Shown here: in pieces, positions 63,547 to 64,000 of the stretch
Layout of the letters: each line of letters opens with the position of its first letter
Position numbering within the stretch: the stretch's first letter is position 1
Virus record (IMG/VR): IMGVR_UViG_3300023184_000048
Coordinates: 52,742 to 116,741 of that record
Source: a virus
Length of the DNA stretch: 64,000 bases
Reading direction: 5' to 3' (one strand)
Made by a program: the position numbers and the translations under genes
Notes under the pieces: generated by a model
What the model was told of the DNA's origin: nothing
The model's database searches: none
Seen by the model: only the letters and a program-made list of their open reading frames with translations

Positions 63547-63635
63547 GAGATTACCACTCCCCCGAAAGGAGAAGGAAAGAACATGTCACTGCAATAATAC
63601 TGCAAACCCTCACACCTGAATTGACAGGAAATCTC
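63547..63635 (+). ncRNA. Cassette-driven candidate small RNA (89 nt)
   Basis: Begins exactly 6 nt after the -10; GAGATT/AATCTC closing stem; CTCC/GGAG, TGCA/TGCA and CCTG/CAGG hairpins. Confidence 0.6.
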
Positions 63636-63674
63636 AATCATCTTCATTAAAAACTAACTTAGAATACTACTATC

Positions 63675-64000
63675 ATGGAACGTAAAACCAAACAACAAAT
63701 CATCGAAGAGACTTTCAATTACTACAATGAAGATCCTTCCCGTCGTGCCAAGACTAATGGAAAGTGTCAATACTTGGATGTTAATGGCAATATGTGTGCT
63801 TTTGGTAGGTGTGAAATCAATCCTCCTTTGTCTAAAGGTATCAGTGATAGTGTGACTGATAGGTTTGATGCACAAGAAGAGATGGATCAAGCTTTAAAAG
63901 AAGAATATCGTGGACATTCATTTGATTTCTGGTCTGATCTTCAAGCCTTTCACGACAATGAATATTATTGGGATCTTGAAGCTGGAAAGGTTGATGAAGA
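63675..64000 (+). CDS. Hypothetical protein (3' truncated by window)
   Basis: Cassette-N9-ATG; C.Y....G.MCAFG pattern; absent from the ORF track because there is no stop. Confidence 0.75.
   Translation, partial: MERKTKQQIIEETFNYYNEDPSRRAKTNGKCQYLDVNGNMCAFGRCEINPPLSKGISDSVTDRFDAQEEMDQALKEEYRGHSFDFWSDLQAFHDNEYYWDLEAGKVDE

Larger units (their letters stand above)
809..63665 (+). promoter_or_regulatory. Dispersed family of 71 promoter cassettes (A)TTAAAAACTRnnn-TAnAAT-N6-ATG
   Basis: Hand-counted copies start at 809,2832,7316,9056,13156,14684,15474,16149,17331,18573,19979,21219,22498,23150,23908,24989,27073,28236,29879,30629,30865,32580,33778,35818,36058,37506,38646,39670,39949,40970,41208,42410,42870,43314,43762,44036,45404,45903,47280,47553,48407,48635,49359,49812,50519,51751,52181,52770,52978,55392,55700,56068,56852,57065,57809,58552,58981,59322,59623,59958,60252,60521,60835,61412,61575,61909,62676,63101,63300,63521,63646. 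Degenerate copies near 11841, 51015, 57474. Each has a sigma70-like -10 hexamer at fixed distance. Confidence 0.9.

Noticed and set aside
809-63665. Cassette repeats as a CRISPR array or integron attC sites
   Set aside because: Spacing is gene-sized and irregular, the motif is non-palindromic and contains a -10 box, and no cas or integrase gene is in the window
271-63890. Numerous short minus-strand and nested ORFs in the track (e.g. 271..579, 9480..9782, 37712..38161, 53017..53355, 63654..63890)
   Set aside because: They overlap well-supported + strand genes, lack promoter motifs, and show no recognisable domains

Overview
A 64 kb segment of a large, AT-rich lytic dsDNA bacteriophage (T4-like/jumbo type) carrying about 145 densely packed, mostly + strand genes. 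The left end (to ~9 kb) has late/structural-type genes: a baseplate hub-like ORF, a terminase small subunit-like ORF and a secreted discoidin/FN3 protein. The middle (13-38 kb) is a nucleotide/RNA-repair and counter-defence-like block: two RNA ligases, a P-loop kinase, HAD, 2H, HD, histidine and calcineurin-like phosphatases, a macro domain, a nucleotidyltransferase, SLOG, and rIIA/rIIB. The right half holds small hypothetical early-type genes, a UvrD-like helicase, SprT, two tRNAs and several structured non-coding elements. The dominant unexplained structure is a 20-bp cassette, (A)TTAAAAACTRnnn-TAnAAT, present 71 times by hand count, all on the + strand. In 53 copies the ATG lies exactly 6 nt after the -10 hexamer, implying leaderless mRNAs. 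The cassette also supplies stop codons to upstream genes and delimits single-gene or single-RNA modules. A second leaderless class (TAAATA-N5-ATG, T4 late-like) drives the homing endonucleases. Other notable items: two endonuclease insertions that replaced the 3' end of their target genes, a free-standing intein-derived endonuclease beside the helicase, a 43-aa prepilin mimic, a circularly permuted discoidin domain, tRNA-Ile(UAU), and several cloverleaf or long-stem RNAs. All product calls come from motif recognition by eye; no database searches were run.
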